Assembly (NCBI GenBank): GCA_965247095.1
Contig: OZ251997.1
Location: 4,288,001-4,352,000, forward strand
DNA: 64,000 nt
From: Candidatus Multivorans sp.
Lineage (GTDB): Bacteria; Acidobacteriota; Thermoanaerobaculia; Multivoradales; Multivoraceae
Reading direction: 5' to 3'
Part shown: piece by piece, positions 1-8,944 of the stretch
How positions within the stretch are numbered: the first letter of the stretch is position 1
Layout: every line of letters begins with the position of its first letter
Notes under the pieces: generated by a model
What the model saw: the letters and a program-made list of their open reading frames with translations, nothing else
Database searches by the model: none
Told to the model about the DNA's origin: nothing
Position numbers and translations under genes: made by a program

Positions 1-2201
1 AGCGGGTGAGGATAGGTGACCTCCTCGCGCCCCACCCTGCGCTCGAAGAAGGGATGGGCCATGCGGCCGACGATCGGTCCAGGGCGGATGATCGCGATCT
101 GGATCACCAGGTCGTAGAACTTGTATGGCCGGTGGCGCGGCAGGGACGCCATCTGCGCCCGGCTCTCGATCTGGAAGACGCCGACCGTGTCGGCCCGGCA
201 GATCATCTCGTAGACCGCGGGGTCGTCGGGCGGCAGGTGGGCGAGGTCGATCTCCCTGCCCTCGTGCCGGCGGATCATGGGCACCGCCTCCTCAAGCGCG
301 TTCAGCATGCCGAGGCCGAGCAGGTCGACCTTGATGATCCCCAGATCGGCGCAGTCGTCCTTGTCCCACTGGACGATGACCCGATTCTCCATCGCCGCCG
401 GTTCAAGCGGCACGATCTCGTCCAGCCGTCCGGCGCAGAGCACCATGCCGCCCGAGTGCTGGCCTAAGTGGCGGGGATGGTTCTGAAGCTGCCGCCACAG
501 GCGGACGAAGAGCTGGATGCGCCGGTCGCGGGGATCGAACCCGAGCTCGGTCAGTTCCTCGTCCATCTCCTTGCTGTCGCCGCGGGAGAGATCGTAGTGC
601 CAGTGTCCCAGGCCCTTGGCCAGCCGGTCGACCTGGGACTTGGAGCACCCGAGCGCCTTGGCCGCCTCGCGCGCGGCCATACGGTCGCGGTAGGTGATCA
701 CGTTCGCGGTCATCGCCGCGCCGTGCCGGCCGTAGCGCCGGTAGACGTACTGGATCACCTTCTCGCGCTGGTCGCCGGACGGCAGGTCGATGTCGATGTC
801 CGGCCACTCGCCGCGTTCCTCGGACAGGAAGCGCTCGAACAGAAGGTCCATCTTGACCGGATCGACCGCCGTGATCGATAGCGCATAGCAGACCGCGGAG
901 TTCGCCGCCGAGCCGCGGCCCTGGGCGAAGATCCGCTGCTCCTTGCAGAAGCGGACGATGTCCCAGACGATCAGGAAGTAGCCGGCGAGGTCGAGCTTCC
1001 CGATCAGCGCGAGTTCCTTCTCGAGTTGCGCCCCGGCGCGGGCGGTGAGCGGCCGGAAGCGCTCCCGCGCCCCCTGCCAGGTCAGTTCGCGGAGGTGGGA
1101 GATCGCCGTCTCGCCGGCGGGCAGCGGGTAGTCCGGGAAGCGGTAGCCGAGGTCGGCGAGGGTGAAGTCGAGTTCCGCGGCCAGTTCGTGCGCCGCGTGG
1201 ACGGCCTGCGGCAGATCGGCGAACAGCCGGTGCATCTCCTCCGGGCTCTTCAGACGCCGCTGGCGCTCACGGGCGAGGCGCGCGCCGGCGTCGTCGACCG
1301 TCACATGGTGCCGGATCGCGGTCATCAGGTCGTAGAGGGGCTTGTCGGCAGCGGTGGCGTAGCGCACCCCGCCGGTGGCCACGACCGGCGCCTTGAGCCC
1401 CTGCGCCAGCCGGACCAGGGCCTGGTTGCGGTGTTCCTCGGCGCGGATGCCGTGCCGCGCGAGTTCCACGTGCAGGCGGCCGGGGAAGACGGCGTGCAGC
1501 CGTTCGAGCTGCCGCTGGGCGGCCTCCAACCCCTCCCGGGCCAGCGCGCGTCCGACCGGATCGGTTGCGGCGCCGGCCAGGCAGTGGAGCCCGGCCGCGT
1601 GCTCCTCGAGCAGCGTCCAGTCGATCCGGGCCTCGCCCTTGGGGTGGTTGAGCGCCCCGGCGGTCAGCAGGCGACAGAGGTTGCGATAGCCCTGTCGGCT
1701 TCGCACCAGGAGGTGGACGCGGGTTTCCTGGTCGTCCAGCATCGGCCGCTCTTCGCGCTGCCGCGACACCGTGGACGCCTGCGGCCGGTCGATGACCGCC
1801 TCGGCGCCGACCAGCGCCCGGATCCCCGCCTCACGCGCCGCCTTGTAGAAGCGCGGCGCGCCGGAGACGCCGTTCCGGTCGAGCAGGGCGACTGCCGGCA
1901 GCCCCAGCGCCGCCGCCCGCGCCACCAGGTCCTCAGGCTGCGACGAGCCGCGCAGGAAGGAGAACGACGAAGCGGTGTGGAGTTCGGCGTAGGGCGGGGT
2001 CCCCCGCCGGCGCTTCGGCGGAGTCTGGAACTGGCGCCGGCGCAGTTGCTCCTTGACCGCGCCCGGCGCGGCATAGCCGGGGTTCGGCTCGCCCCGGGCG
2101 TCGAGCAGCCCGTTGCCGCCGCGGTTACCGCTCTTGCGCATGGCGCCGGACAGACCCATGTTGCGGGCCGGCACGTCGACCTTGGGTACCTTGGGGGCCA
2201 T
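1..2201 (-). CDS. dnaE2: Error-prone DNA polymerase III alpha subunit DnaE2 (3' end runs off the window)
   Basis: Not in the ORF track because there is no stop in the window. Manual translation of the minus strand from ATG 2201 gives ...YAELHTASSFSFLRGSSQPEDL (PHP N-terminus), GRGSAANSAVCYALSIT, ERGEWPDIDIDL, HLGQHSGGMV and VQWDKDDCADLGIIKVDLLGLGML. imuA and imuB are nearby. Confidence 0.95.
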   Translation of the reverse strand, partial: MAPKVPKVDVPARNMGLSGAMRKSGNRGGNGLLDARGEPNPGYAAPGAVKEQLRRRQFQTPPKRRRGTPPYAELHTASSFSFLRGSSQPEDLVARAAALGLPAVALLDRNGVSGAPRFYKAAREAGIRALVGAEAVIDRPQASTVSRQREERPMLDDQETRVHLLVRSRQGYRNLCRLLTAGALNHPKGEARIDWTLLEEHAAGLHCLAGAATDPVGRALAREGLEAAQRQLERLHAVFPGRLHVELARHGIRAEEHRNQALVRLAQGLKAPVVATGGVRYATAADKPLYDLMTAIRHHVTVDDAGARLARERQRRLKSPEEMHRLFADLPQAVHAAHELAAELDFTLADLGYRFPDYPLPAGETAISHLRELTWQGARERFRPLTARAGAQLEKELALIGKLDLAGYFLIVWDIVRFCKEQRIFAQGRGSAANSAVCYALSITAVDPVKMDLLFERFLSEERGEWPDIDIDLPSGDQREKVIQYVYRRYGRHGAAMTANVITYRDRMAAREAAKALGCSKSQVDRLAKGLGHWHYDLSRGDSKEMDEELTELGFDPRDRRIQLFVRLWRQLQNHPRHLGQHSGGMVLCAGRLDEIVPLEPAAMENRVIVQWDKDDCADLGIIKVDLLGLGMLNALEEAVPMIRRHEGREIDLAHLPPDDPAVYEMICRADTVGVFQIESRAQMASLPRHRPYKFYDLVIQIAIIRPGPIVGRMAHPFFERRVGREEVTYPHP

Positions 2202-2236
2202 CCGGTAAGCGTAAACCGGGCGGTAATAGAAGGCAA
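2202..2236 (-). promoter_or_regulatory. Putative sigma70 promoter giving a leaderless dnaE2 mRNA, overlapped by a CCGGT-N8-ACCGG inverted repeat
   Basis: Minus strand reads TTGCCT-17 nt-TACGCT-6 nt-ATG, with no Shine-Dalgarno. The palindrome is at 2202-2219. Confidence 0.55.
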
Positions 2237-2257
2237 GAGTCTCAGCCGCTCCATCCC

Positions 2258-2367
2258 TGGGAACCCGGGTGGCGCGCTTCCGCGCCACCCGCGACCCACT
2301 CCGTGCGTCCGTCATCGGGCGCACGGATGGCACGCGGGCATCTTGCCCGCATCCGGCGCAGCGCCGG
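2258..2367. repeat. Cluster of four consecutive GC-rich hairpins including a REP-like element (BIME-like)
   Basis: CGGGTGGCGCG-CTTC-CGCGCCACCCG (2266-2291); CCGTGCGTCCG-TCAT-CGGGCGCACGG; GCGGGCA-TCT-TGCCCGC; CCGGCGC-A-GCGCCGG. The last two match 59402-59444. Confidence 0.75.
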
Positions 2368-2381
2368 TCTGACCGGTGCGG

Positions 2382-4133
2382 CTAGTTCTGACGCCGCGGC
2401 GCGCGCAGCGGCTGCCGCGCCTGGTAGAGCGCCAGGCGATCGAGCCGCTGCGGAGAGTTGCCACCGGCCTCGGCCCGTTCCCGTTCCAGCGCCCGTTCTT
2501 GCCAGGCGACCGCGTCGTCGAAGCGCCCGGCCTCGGCCAGGGCCATCGCCAGCGTCTCGAGGTGGTCGAGTGCGGGTTGTTCGTCGACCACCGACTGGGC
2601 CAGCTCGACCGCCCGCGCACCGTCTCGCGCTGCGTCGTCGGGATTCGTAGCCAGCAATCGCGCCAGCAGGTGGCGGGTGGCGACATCGCTGGGGAAGCGC
2701 CCCAGAGCTTCGTCGAGAGCCGCACGCGCCTCGGCGTAGCGGCCGGTCTCGAACAGCATGAGCCCGAGATTGAAGCGCGCCTGCAGATCGTCCGGCGTCA
2801 GCGCGACCAGGGCTTGCAACTGGGCAGCGGCCTCTTCGGCCCGACCCGAGCCGACGAGCAGGGCGGCGAGCGGCCGCCGTGCTTCGATCATCCCGGGGTC
2901 GAGGGCGACGACCTGCCTGAGTTCGTTGATGGCGCCCGCGGTGTTGCCGGAGGCGGCCCGCATCTGCGCCCGCTGAAGCCGCCAGCGCAGATTCTGTGGC
3001 GCGAGGTCGGCGGCGCGTTCCAGGTGCTCGGCAGCCTCGGTTCGCCGTCCGCCCTGGGCGAGGTACATGGCGAGGGCGAAGTGGGCCCCGGCGTGGTCCG
3101 CGTTCAGGGAGATGGCCCGGCGCAGATGCCGTTCGCCGCGCTCGGCGTTGCCGAGCACCAGCAGTGAGCCCGCCAGCCGATAGTGGGCCTCGTCGTCCGC
3201 TTCGTCCGCTTCGAGGACCTCTTCGTACAGCTCGGTCGCCCGTTCGTGATCGCCCTCCGCGGCGGCGGCGACGGCGCGGTCGAGGGGCAGCGCGATGTCC
3301 TCCTCGAGCGGCCGCAGCCGTTCGATCAGCGGGTCGTACATGGGGATCTGGATGTCCTGGTTCAGGCGCCACGCCTCGGCAGCCCGGTCGGCGTCGCCGA
3401 GGGTGCGGTAGGCGAGACCGACGTGATGGTTCGCCTCGCTGCCCTCGGGCTGGGACGCGGCGACTTCCTGGAAGATCTCGAGCGCGCGCGCCGGATCGCC
3501 GCGTTCGAGCGCGATGTAGCCGAGGCCGACCCGGGCCGTCGCGCTCTCCGGGTAGGCCGCAATTGCGGCTTCGTACGCGGCTTCGGCGGCATCGATGTCG
3601 CCGGCCGCGACGTGGAGTTCACCCAGGCGGATGAGAGTCGGCGGGTCGTCCGGCCGGATGGCGAGCGCCTGCTCGGCGCTCGCGCGGGCCCCTTCGAGGT
3701 CGCCGTTCGCAACGGCCAGCAGCAGCTTGAAGTAGGCCCACTGGAAGTCGCCCGGCGCCAGCTCCATGATCTGATCCAGACAGGCCGCCGCCGCGTGGTG
3801 GAGCTCGTAGTGGAGGTAGCGCGCGCACAGATCACCGTACGTGTTCGCCGCCAACTGCGCCTCGAGAGGCTCCTCGGCGTGTTCCAGCGCGTTGGCGGTG
3901 AGCGCCCGGTAGTCCCGCAGCCGCTGCGCGTCGACCGCGAGGACGCCGGTCAGGTCCGGTTCCGGCACCTGGCTCAGGTCAAGCGTTTCCTTGACGCGCC
4001 GGATCTCCAGGAGTTCGGCGAAGTCCTGGGGGTGGGCGGGGATGGCCGGCGTGACCAGGAGGAGCGTCACGAGCGGGAGAGCGTGGCGAATTGGCTGCCC
4101 CTCGGAAAGGAATGTCCTCGTTGACGACCTCAT
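2382..4133 (-). CDS. Exported tetratricopeptide-repeat (TPR) protein
   Basis: Many TPR-like 34-aa units (e.g. ARVGLGYIALERGDPARALEIFQEV, ARFNLGLMLFETGRYAEARAALDEAL) and a hydrophobic signal-like N-terminus. Start taken at ATG 4133; the ORF track extends it to 4226. Confidence 0.85.
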   Translation of the reverse strand: MRSSTRTFLSEGQPIRHALPLVTLLLVTPAIPAHPQDFAELLEIRRVKETLDLSQVPEPDLTGVLAVDAQRLRDYRALTANALEHAEEPLEAQLAANTYGDLCARYLHYELHHAAAACLDQIMELAPGDFQWAYFKLLLAVANGDLEGARASAEQALAIRPDDPPTLIRLGELHVAAGDIDAAEAAYEAAIAAYPESATARVGLGYIALERGDPARALEIFQEVAASQPEGSEANHHVGLAYRTLGDADRAAEAWRLNQDIQIPMYDPLIERLRPLEEDIALPLDRAVAAAAEGDHERATELYEEVLEADEADDEAHYRLAGSLLVLGNAERGERHLRRAISLNADHAGAHFALAMYLAQGGRRTEAAEHLERAADLAPQNLRWRLQRAQMRAASGNTAGAINELRQVVALDPGMIEARRPLAALLVGSGRAEEAAAQLQALVALTPDDLQARFNLGLMLFETGRYAEARAALDEALGRFPSDVATRHLLARLLATNPDDAARDGARAVELAQSVVDEQPALDHLETLAMALAEAGRFDDAVAWQERALERERAEAGGNSPQRLDRLALYQARQPLRAPRRQN

Positions 4134-4152
4134 CGCTGATCGGGGGCCGCGA

Positions 4153-4547
4153 TCAGGCGACGGAAACGGGCGGAATCTCGTCTGGGCCGAGGCCCTTCTC
4201 CAGGAGGTAGTCCCGGATCCGCTCAAGAAAAGACCTTGCGCGGTGGTGTTCGGCTCGAGCGTCTTCGCCAGAGAAGTGAGCGAACCACTCTACGTGAGAT
4301 CGGTTGCCCATTGGGGTTCGATCTCTCCGGTTTGTACCAGGTGGAGGCCGAACATGCTCCGCAGGCCTGAGTGAGTGGATGTCTCTATGTCTTGAACGCA
4401 CAGAGCCGCCTTGGCAGCGTGGAAGATGGCGTAGTAGGAAGTGGTGACCGTCTCTTCCTCGTGGCCGTCCTCGCGCATCAGGATCTCGGATGCGCGGAGC
4501 GACTGCAGGGCGCGCTCCCACTCTGCGACGACCGTGGGTCGGTTCAC
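4153..4547 (-). pseudogene. HEPN-domain toxin (COG1895/UPF0332-like) with internal deletion and frameshift
   Basis: The N-terminal frame (SYYAIFHAAKAAL...THSGLRSMFGLHLV...WATDLT*) stops at 4290. The HEPN C-terminus (VEWFAHFSGEDARAEHHRARSFLERIRDYLL) continues in another frame to 4153. The Rx3DY segment is missing. Confidence 0.75.
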
Positions 4548-4888
4548 AGTACCGTCACGCCGTCACGATCGACGGATGCCCTGTACGCGGAGCGAAGCTC
4601 CTTTAGTGTGTCCCACTCTTCTTCCGTGTACGCCATGATCGAGGGCGCGATCGGCGTAGCCGCAGCGAGGTCGTAGCCGATGCGTCGGAGTTTCCGTTGA
4701 AGGTCGGCGGCTCCGTTAGCGACCAGGAGCAGGATGTCGAGGTCGCTTTCTTCGTGGGCGTCGCCACGGGCCTTCGAGCCGTAGACGACCATTCGCCGGA
4801 CCACGTCCGCGTACTCTTCCCGGAGCGCCGCGCGGTACTCGTCGAGCCAAGTCTGTTCTTCGGGGTCGAGCGTGAGCATAGTCTGCAC
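4544..4888 (-). CDS. Minimal nucleotidyltransferase (MNT) antitoxin
   Basis: YGSKARGDAHEESDLDILLL is the GSx10DxD motif. Overlaps the HEPN start. A TAGAAT -10 box lies upstream at 4930-4935. Confidence 0.9.
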   Translation of the reverse strand: MQTMLTLDPEEQTWLDEYRAALREEYADVVRRMVVYGSKARGDAHEESDLDILLLVANGAADLQRKLRRIGYDLAAATPIAPSIMAYTEEEWDTLKELRSAYRASVDRDGVTVL

Positions 4889-4968
4889 TCTGTCAGGTCA
4901 AAGGCACCCAGCGATCCTCGGCAACGCCGATTCTACTTCGGTCGCAGCGTGCCAACGGCCTGAAGGCC

Positions 4969-5343
4969 TCAGACCGGCTGATGGAAGTAGTAGCAGAGGC
5001 CATCCGGCGCCACGACGAAGAAGACGCGGAACTTCTTCCCGTCTCGCTTGTCGATGCGCCAGTTCTTGACCTTGACGCCGTTGCTCTTGAGCTCGGCCCG
5101 CGCTCGTTTGATGTCGGCCACCAGGATCGCCGCGCCGTCCATGCTGGCGTCGCCGCCGTTGATCGCGAAGCCGATCCGGACGCCGTCGCGTTCGAGAGTG
5201 ACCGTCGGCGCCGGCTCTTCGCGCCGTTCGACCTCCTGGAGCCCGAAGGCCTCCGCGTACCACCTCGCGGTGGCGTCGAGGTCGTCGACCGGCAGGGCGA
5301 GTACGTTGTCCTGGAACGGGTAGGCGGCCTCGAACAGCTTCAT
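4969..5343 (-). CDS. VOC/glyoxalase/bleomycin-resistance family protein
   Basis: [19 protein letters not shown] ... [13 protein letters not shown], a typical paired beta-alpha-beta-beta-beta pattern. Confidence 0.8.
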   Translation of the reverse strand: MKLFEAAYPFQDNVLALPVDDLDATARWYAEAFGLQEVERREEPAPTVTLERDGVRIGFAINGGDASMDGAAILVADIKRARAELKSNGVKVKNWRIDKRDGKKFRVFFVVAPDGLCYYFHQPV

Positions 5344-5396
5344 GGCAGAGCAGAATATCGCTGGAGCTCCGCGCCGGTCGTGGAATCATCGGCGCC

Positions 5397-5786
5397 ATGG
5401 ACCGCGAAGCGCTCGACCGCGCCCGGCGCAAAGCCGAGGCCATCGGCATCTCGAACGTGCAGCGGCACATCTTCCTGTGCTGCGACCAGACGACGCCGAA
5501 GTGCTGTGACCTGGACGCGTCGCTCGAGTCGTGGTCGTTCCTCAAGCGCCGCCTGGTCGAAGTGGGCCTGACGGAGTCCGGAACGGTTATGCGGACGAAG
5601 GCGAACTGCCTGCGCATCTGCGACGCGGGCCCGATCGCGGTCGTCTACCCGGAGGGCGTCTGGTACTGGGGGTGCACGCCGGAAGTCCTGGAACGGGTGA
5701 TCCAGGAACACCTGATCGGCGGCCGGGTGGTGGCGGAGCAGGTCATCGGTGGGCGAGCGCCGGGACCCACCCTGCCGGACGATTGA
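5397..5786 (+). CDS. Thioredoxin-like [2Fe-2S] ferredoxin
   Basis: [15 protein letters not shown] ... [25 protein letters not shown] ... IQEHLIGG. Confidence 0.9.
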   Translation: MDREALDRARRKAEAIGISNVQRHIFLCCDQTTPKCCDLDASLESWSFLKRRLVEVGLTESGTVMRTKANCLRICDAGPIAVVYPEGVWYWGCTPEVLERVIQEHLIGGRVVAEQVIGGRAPGPTLPDD

Positions 5787-5803
5787 GGCCGGCGCGTTCG
5801 GAT

Positions 5804-6238
5804 CTACCGGGCTGCCGACACGCCGGGCGTGAGCAGTCGTTGGGCTGTGGCGTCGTTCCGCAACAACAGAGACGTCTCGTCCCGGAACGCCTTGAGAATC
5901 GTGTGGGTCGTGTCGGACGCCCCGAGGAGCATGAGGCCGGAGTCCTCGTCGGAAGTCGTGATCTTGACCCGGGGCTTCCCGTCAGCAGTGATCAAGCGGA
6001 GGATGACGGTTTCGGGATACCCGATCCGCCCGTCCGGCCACTCGTAGCCGGGGTTCTCGGGTTCCAGGACGAGCTGCGCCCGCAAGCGCCCGTTGCGGTC
6101 CACGATCTCGATCCCAGCGCCGCGCAGGACGGTGTCCTCGGCGGCGTCCGCCTTCGTGAAGTAGGGCAGTAACAGGAGCAGTGCCAGGAGCGCGAAGTTG
6201 ATCGCAGTGAGGGTCAGGAAGATCCATTGGTTCTTCAT
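5804..6238 (-). CDS. Hypothetical membrane-anchored protein
   Basis: RBS AGGAG before ATG 6238; N-terminal TM helix; beta-rich body (VLRGAGIEIVDRNGRLRAQL). Confidence 0.7.
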   Translation of the reverse strand: MKNQWIFLTLTAINFALLALLLLLPYFTKADAAEDTVLRGAGIEIVDRNGRLRAQLVLEPENPGYEWPDGRIGYPETVILRLITADGKPRVKITTSDEDSGLMLLGASDTTHTILKAFRDETSLLLRNDATAQRLLTPGVSAAR

Positions 6239-6264
6239 GCTGTTCTTCTCCTGTCGATCGGGGC

Positions 6265-7533
6265 TCATTGGGAATGCTCTTCCATCCACTGAAGCGCCGC
6301 TTCGAGCACCGCGTCCTCGCCGGCCCCGCTCGGCTCGACGAGCTTGGGCGGCACGAATTCCTCCCGCGGTGTCCCGTCAACGTGGTAGAGGCGCTCAGCC
6401 GGTACGCGGACCTGAATCCCCGTGTGCCTGAGAGTGTGGTTGTACAGCGCGCCTCGCAGGCCCGCCATGGCGGTGCCGAAGACGGTCGCGCGCCCCATAC
6501 CGTCCAGGCCGATTGCGATGCCCTCGCCCATGCTCCCGGTCCAGCGTCCGACCAGCACGGCGATATGTTTGTCGTAGGTGAAGGGACCACGCGGTTTCAC
6601 CTCCTCGACCCAGGTTCGCCCGCCCGGAATCTCGTGACGCTGATAGGGCTGGGCCTCCGCCACCAGGCGGCCCATGATGGGGCGCGCGACGACCGTGTCG
6701 CCGCCGCTGGGTGTGTCCCGGAGATCGAGGATCAGTCCATCCGTTTGCCGGAGCGTCATGAGCGCGGCATCCCATTCCCTGATGAGAGCGGACTGACCCA
6801 GACTGTTGTGGATACGGACATAGCCGATGCTGTTGTCCATCACCGTCGCGGTCAGCATCGAACCGGGCCTGTCGGTCAGACCGGGCTGGAACTCGATACT
6901 CCGCAGCTCAGAGTCCGTGCGGCCTTCAAGCTGAACCGCCGCGTTCTGCCGTCCGGCGAGCAGCGCGCGAAGCGCCCAGTCACGGGCGTCGGCCTCGTCT
7001 GGGTCGATAGCTTCGCCCAGGCGATCCACTACGGCCTCCTGGACCGGGCGGCCATCGATCGTCACGATCTCCATCCCCGGCTGCAGCCCGACCCGCTCGG
7101 CGTCCGAGCCGGCCCGCACCTGAGTGATGAGGGCCGTACCGCCCCAGTGGACGGCCCAGACATCGGCGCCGGTCGGCACCAGCCGGGGCGACGCCGCCGT
7201 GTTCACGCCCAGGTGAGCGTGGTGATCGTAGAGATGCTCGACGAGTTCCTCGAGCAGGCCGATGAACTCGTCGGTGTCACGGACCGCCGCGACCCGCGGG
7301 CGCAACAGATCCCGCACTTGGTCCCAGTCGACAGCCTTGTCGTCGAGATAGGCGTAGGTGTCGCCGATGAAGGTCCAGGCCGAGTCGAAATCCTCGACGT
7401 AGTCGGACGAAGACGTTGGTGCCGGTTGCTGTTGACAGGAAACGGCGCTGGCAAGTGCCGCCGTGACGACCGCTGCGAGCACCGACAGCACACCGGCACG
7501 TCTCCCGTTCGGATGTCGGGCCAAGGGCGTCAC
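6265..7533 (-). CDS. S41-family (C-terminal processing/tricorn-like) peptidase with PDZ domain, probable lipoprotein
   Basis: GLILDLRDTPSGG, VLVGRWTGSMGEG, PDZ-like AERVGLQPGMEIVTIDG; lipobox-like AVSC. Confidence 0.85.
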   Translation of the reverse strand: MTPLARHPNGRRAGVLSVLAAVVTAALASAVSCQQQPAPTSSSDYVEDFDSAWTFIGDTYAYLDDKAVDWDQVRDLLRPRVAAVRDTDEFIGLLEELVEHLYDHHAHLGVNTAASPRLVPTGADVWAVHWGGTALITQVRAGSDAERVGLQPGMEIVTIDGRPVQEAVVDRLGEAIDPDEADARDWALRALLAGRQNAAVQLEGRTDSELRSIEFQPGLTDRPGSMLTATVMDNSIGYVRIHNSLGQSALIREWDAALMTLRQTDGLILDLRDTPSGGDTVVARPIMGRLVAEAQPYQRHEIPGGRTWVEEVKPRGPFTYDKHIAVLVGRWTGSMGEGIAIGLDGMGRATVFGTAMAGLRGALYNHTLRHTGIQVRVPAERLYHVDGTPREEFVPPKLVEPSGAGEDAVLEAALQWMEEHSQ

Positions 7534-7608
7534 GCAGGCACCTCGGGCGATGTTAGCGGGTCGAATGGCGTCAACTCGTCCCCGGCTAGGTCACTGGCTG
7601 AATACCAG

Positions 7609-7669
7609 TTTATAGCGATCTGCCTCATTTATAGCGAGACTAGCTATAAATCGGGCAGAACCCTATAAT
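7609..7669 (+). promoter_or_regulatory. Operator-like TTTATAGC repeats plus a -10 box for leaderless transcription of the AAA-wHTH gene
   Basis: TTTATAGCGA at 7609 and 7628; perfect inverted repeat ATTTATAGC-N7-GCTATAAAT at 7627-7651; TATAAT at 7664-7669, 6 nt before ATG 7676. Confidence 0.7.
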
Positions 7670-7675
7670 CGTCCG

Positions 7676-8866
7676 ATGGACCCGATCCGGAACCCCTACA
7701 GCCCAGGTGCCGGCAGTCCGCCGCCCGCACTCGTAGGTCGCGATGCTGAGCTTGAGATCATCCGTGTCGCGCTCGAGCGTCTTCGGCTCGGCCGTTCCGC
7801 CAAGAGCGTGATTCTGACTGGCCTGCGCGGCGTCGGGAAGACGGTCCTCTTGCGGGAGTTTCGTCGCCTCGGCCAAGAGCGGGACTGGGTCTGCCAGCCG
7901 CTTGAGGCCAGCGAGGGGATGCGACTCCCCCAAGCTGTGGCCGAACTGGTGCGCAAGGTGCTCTTGCGGCTTTCACCGGCGCAGAATCTGGCCGAGCGAG
8001 CGCGGCGGGCGCTCGGCGTGCTCAAGTCGTTCCAGATGCGTTGGAACCTTCCCGACGGCGGTGACGTCACCGTCGGCCTGGATCCCGTTCCCGGTTGGGC
8101 GGATTCCGGGCTCCTGGACGAGGACCTCGGTGGCCTGTTCACAGAGGTCGGCGAAACCGCACGCGAGCGAGGGAAGGGCGTTCTGGTCACCTTGGACGAG
8201 GCGCAGTACCTGAAACGGAAGGACTTGGGCGCCCTGATCGTTGGTCTGCACCAGGTGAATCAGGAGCAGCTACCGTTTCTGGTGGTCGCTGCCGGCCTGC
8301 CGTCGGTGCCCGCGCTCGCGGGCGAAGCGAAGTCCTATGCGGAGCGCCTGTTCGACTTCCGGTCCATCAGCACTCTGAACGACGTCGATGCCAGAGCGGC
8401 CCTGGAACAGCCCGCGATGGAGGAGGAAGTCACCTGGCAGCCGGCGGCGCTCGACCGGATCGTCAGCGAGACGAAGGGGTATCCGTACTTCTTGCAAGAG
8501 TTCGGCAAGCAGACGTGGAACATGGCCGAAGGCCCTGGCAGGATCACCGCCGCCGATGTCGATGCCGCGGTTCCGACTGTCGTTGATGAACTGGACACCG
8601 GCTTCTTTCTCGTCCGGATCGACCGGACGACGGATGCGGAGCGCGAGTATCTGGTCGCCATGGCTTCATTCGGGAAGGGCCCCTACTCGTCCGGCGGTGT
8701 CGCCGCGAAGTTGGGGAAGGACACGCCGGGAGTGGCCTCACTACGCGACAAGCTGATCAAGAAGGGGCTGTGCTACTCGCCCCGTCATGGCGAGATCGAC
8801 TTCACCGTGCCTCTGTTCGACGACTTCGTCCGCCGTCGCTTGCGGGACGCGCAAAGAAGAACGTGA
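7676..8866 (+). CDS. AAA_16/STAND-like P-loop ATPase with probable C-terminal winged helix
   Basis: NPYSPGAGSPPPALVGRD; Walker A GLRGVGKT; Walker B LVTLDEAQ; GYPYFLQ; C-terminal RDKLIKKGLCYSPRHGEIDFTVPLF. Confidence 0.9.
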   Translation: MDPIRNPYSPGAGSPPPALVGRDAELEIIRVALERLRLGRSAKSVILTGLRGVGKTVLLREFRRLGQERDWVCQPLEASEGMRLPQAVAELVRKVLLRLSPAQNLAERARRALGVLKSFQMRWNLPDGGDVTVGLDPVPGWADSGLLDEDLGGLFTEVGETARERGKGVLVTLDEAQYLKRKDLGALIVGLHQVNQEQLPFLVVAAGLPSVPALAGEAKSYAERLFDFRSISTLNDVDARAALEQPAMEEEVTWQPAALDRIVSETKGYPYFLQEFGKQTWNMAEGPGRITAADVDAAVPTVVDELDTGFFLVRIDRTTDAEREYLVAMASFGKGPYSSGGVAAKLGKDTPGVASLRDKLIKKGLCYSPRHGEIDFTVPLFDDFVRRRLRDAQRRT

Positions 8867-8944
8867 TCGCGGTCGCGCCCTACTCGGTGGCTGCGAAAGC
8901 GGCGAAGCGGAACTCCCGGAAGGTTCGCTACCCCGGCCGTCGCC

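Noticed and set aside
6-2372. Plus-strand ORFs of 137-448 aa at the window start
   Set aside because: They are antisense shadows of dnaE2, which the ORF track misses because its stop lies outside the window.
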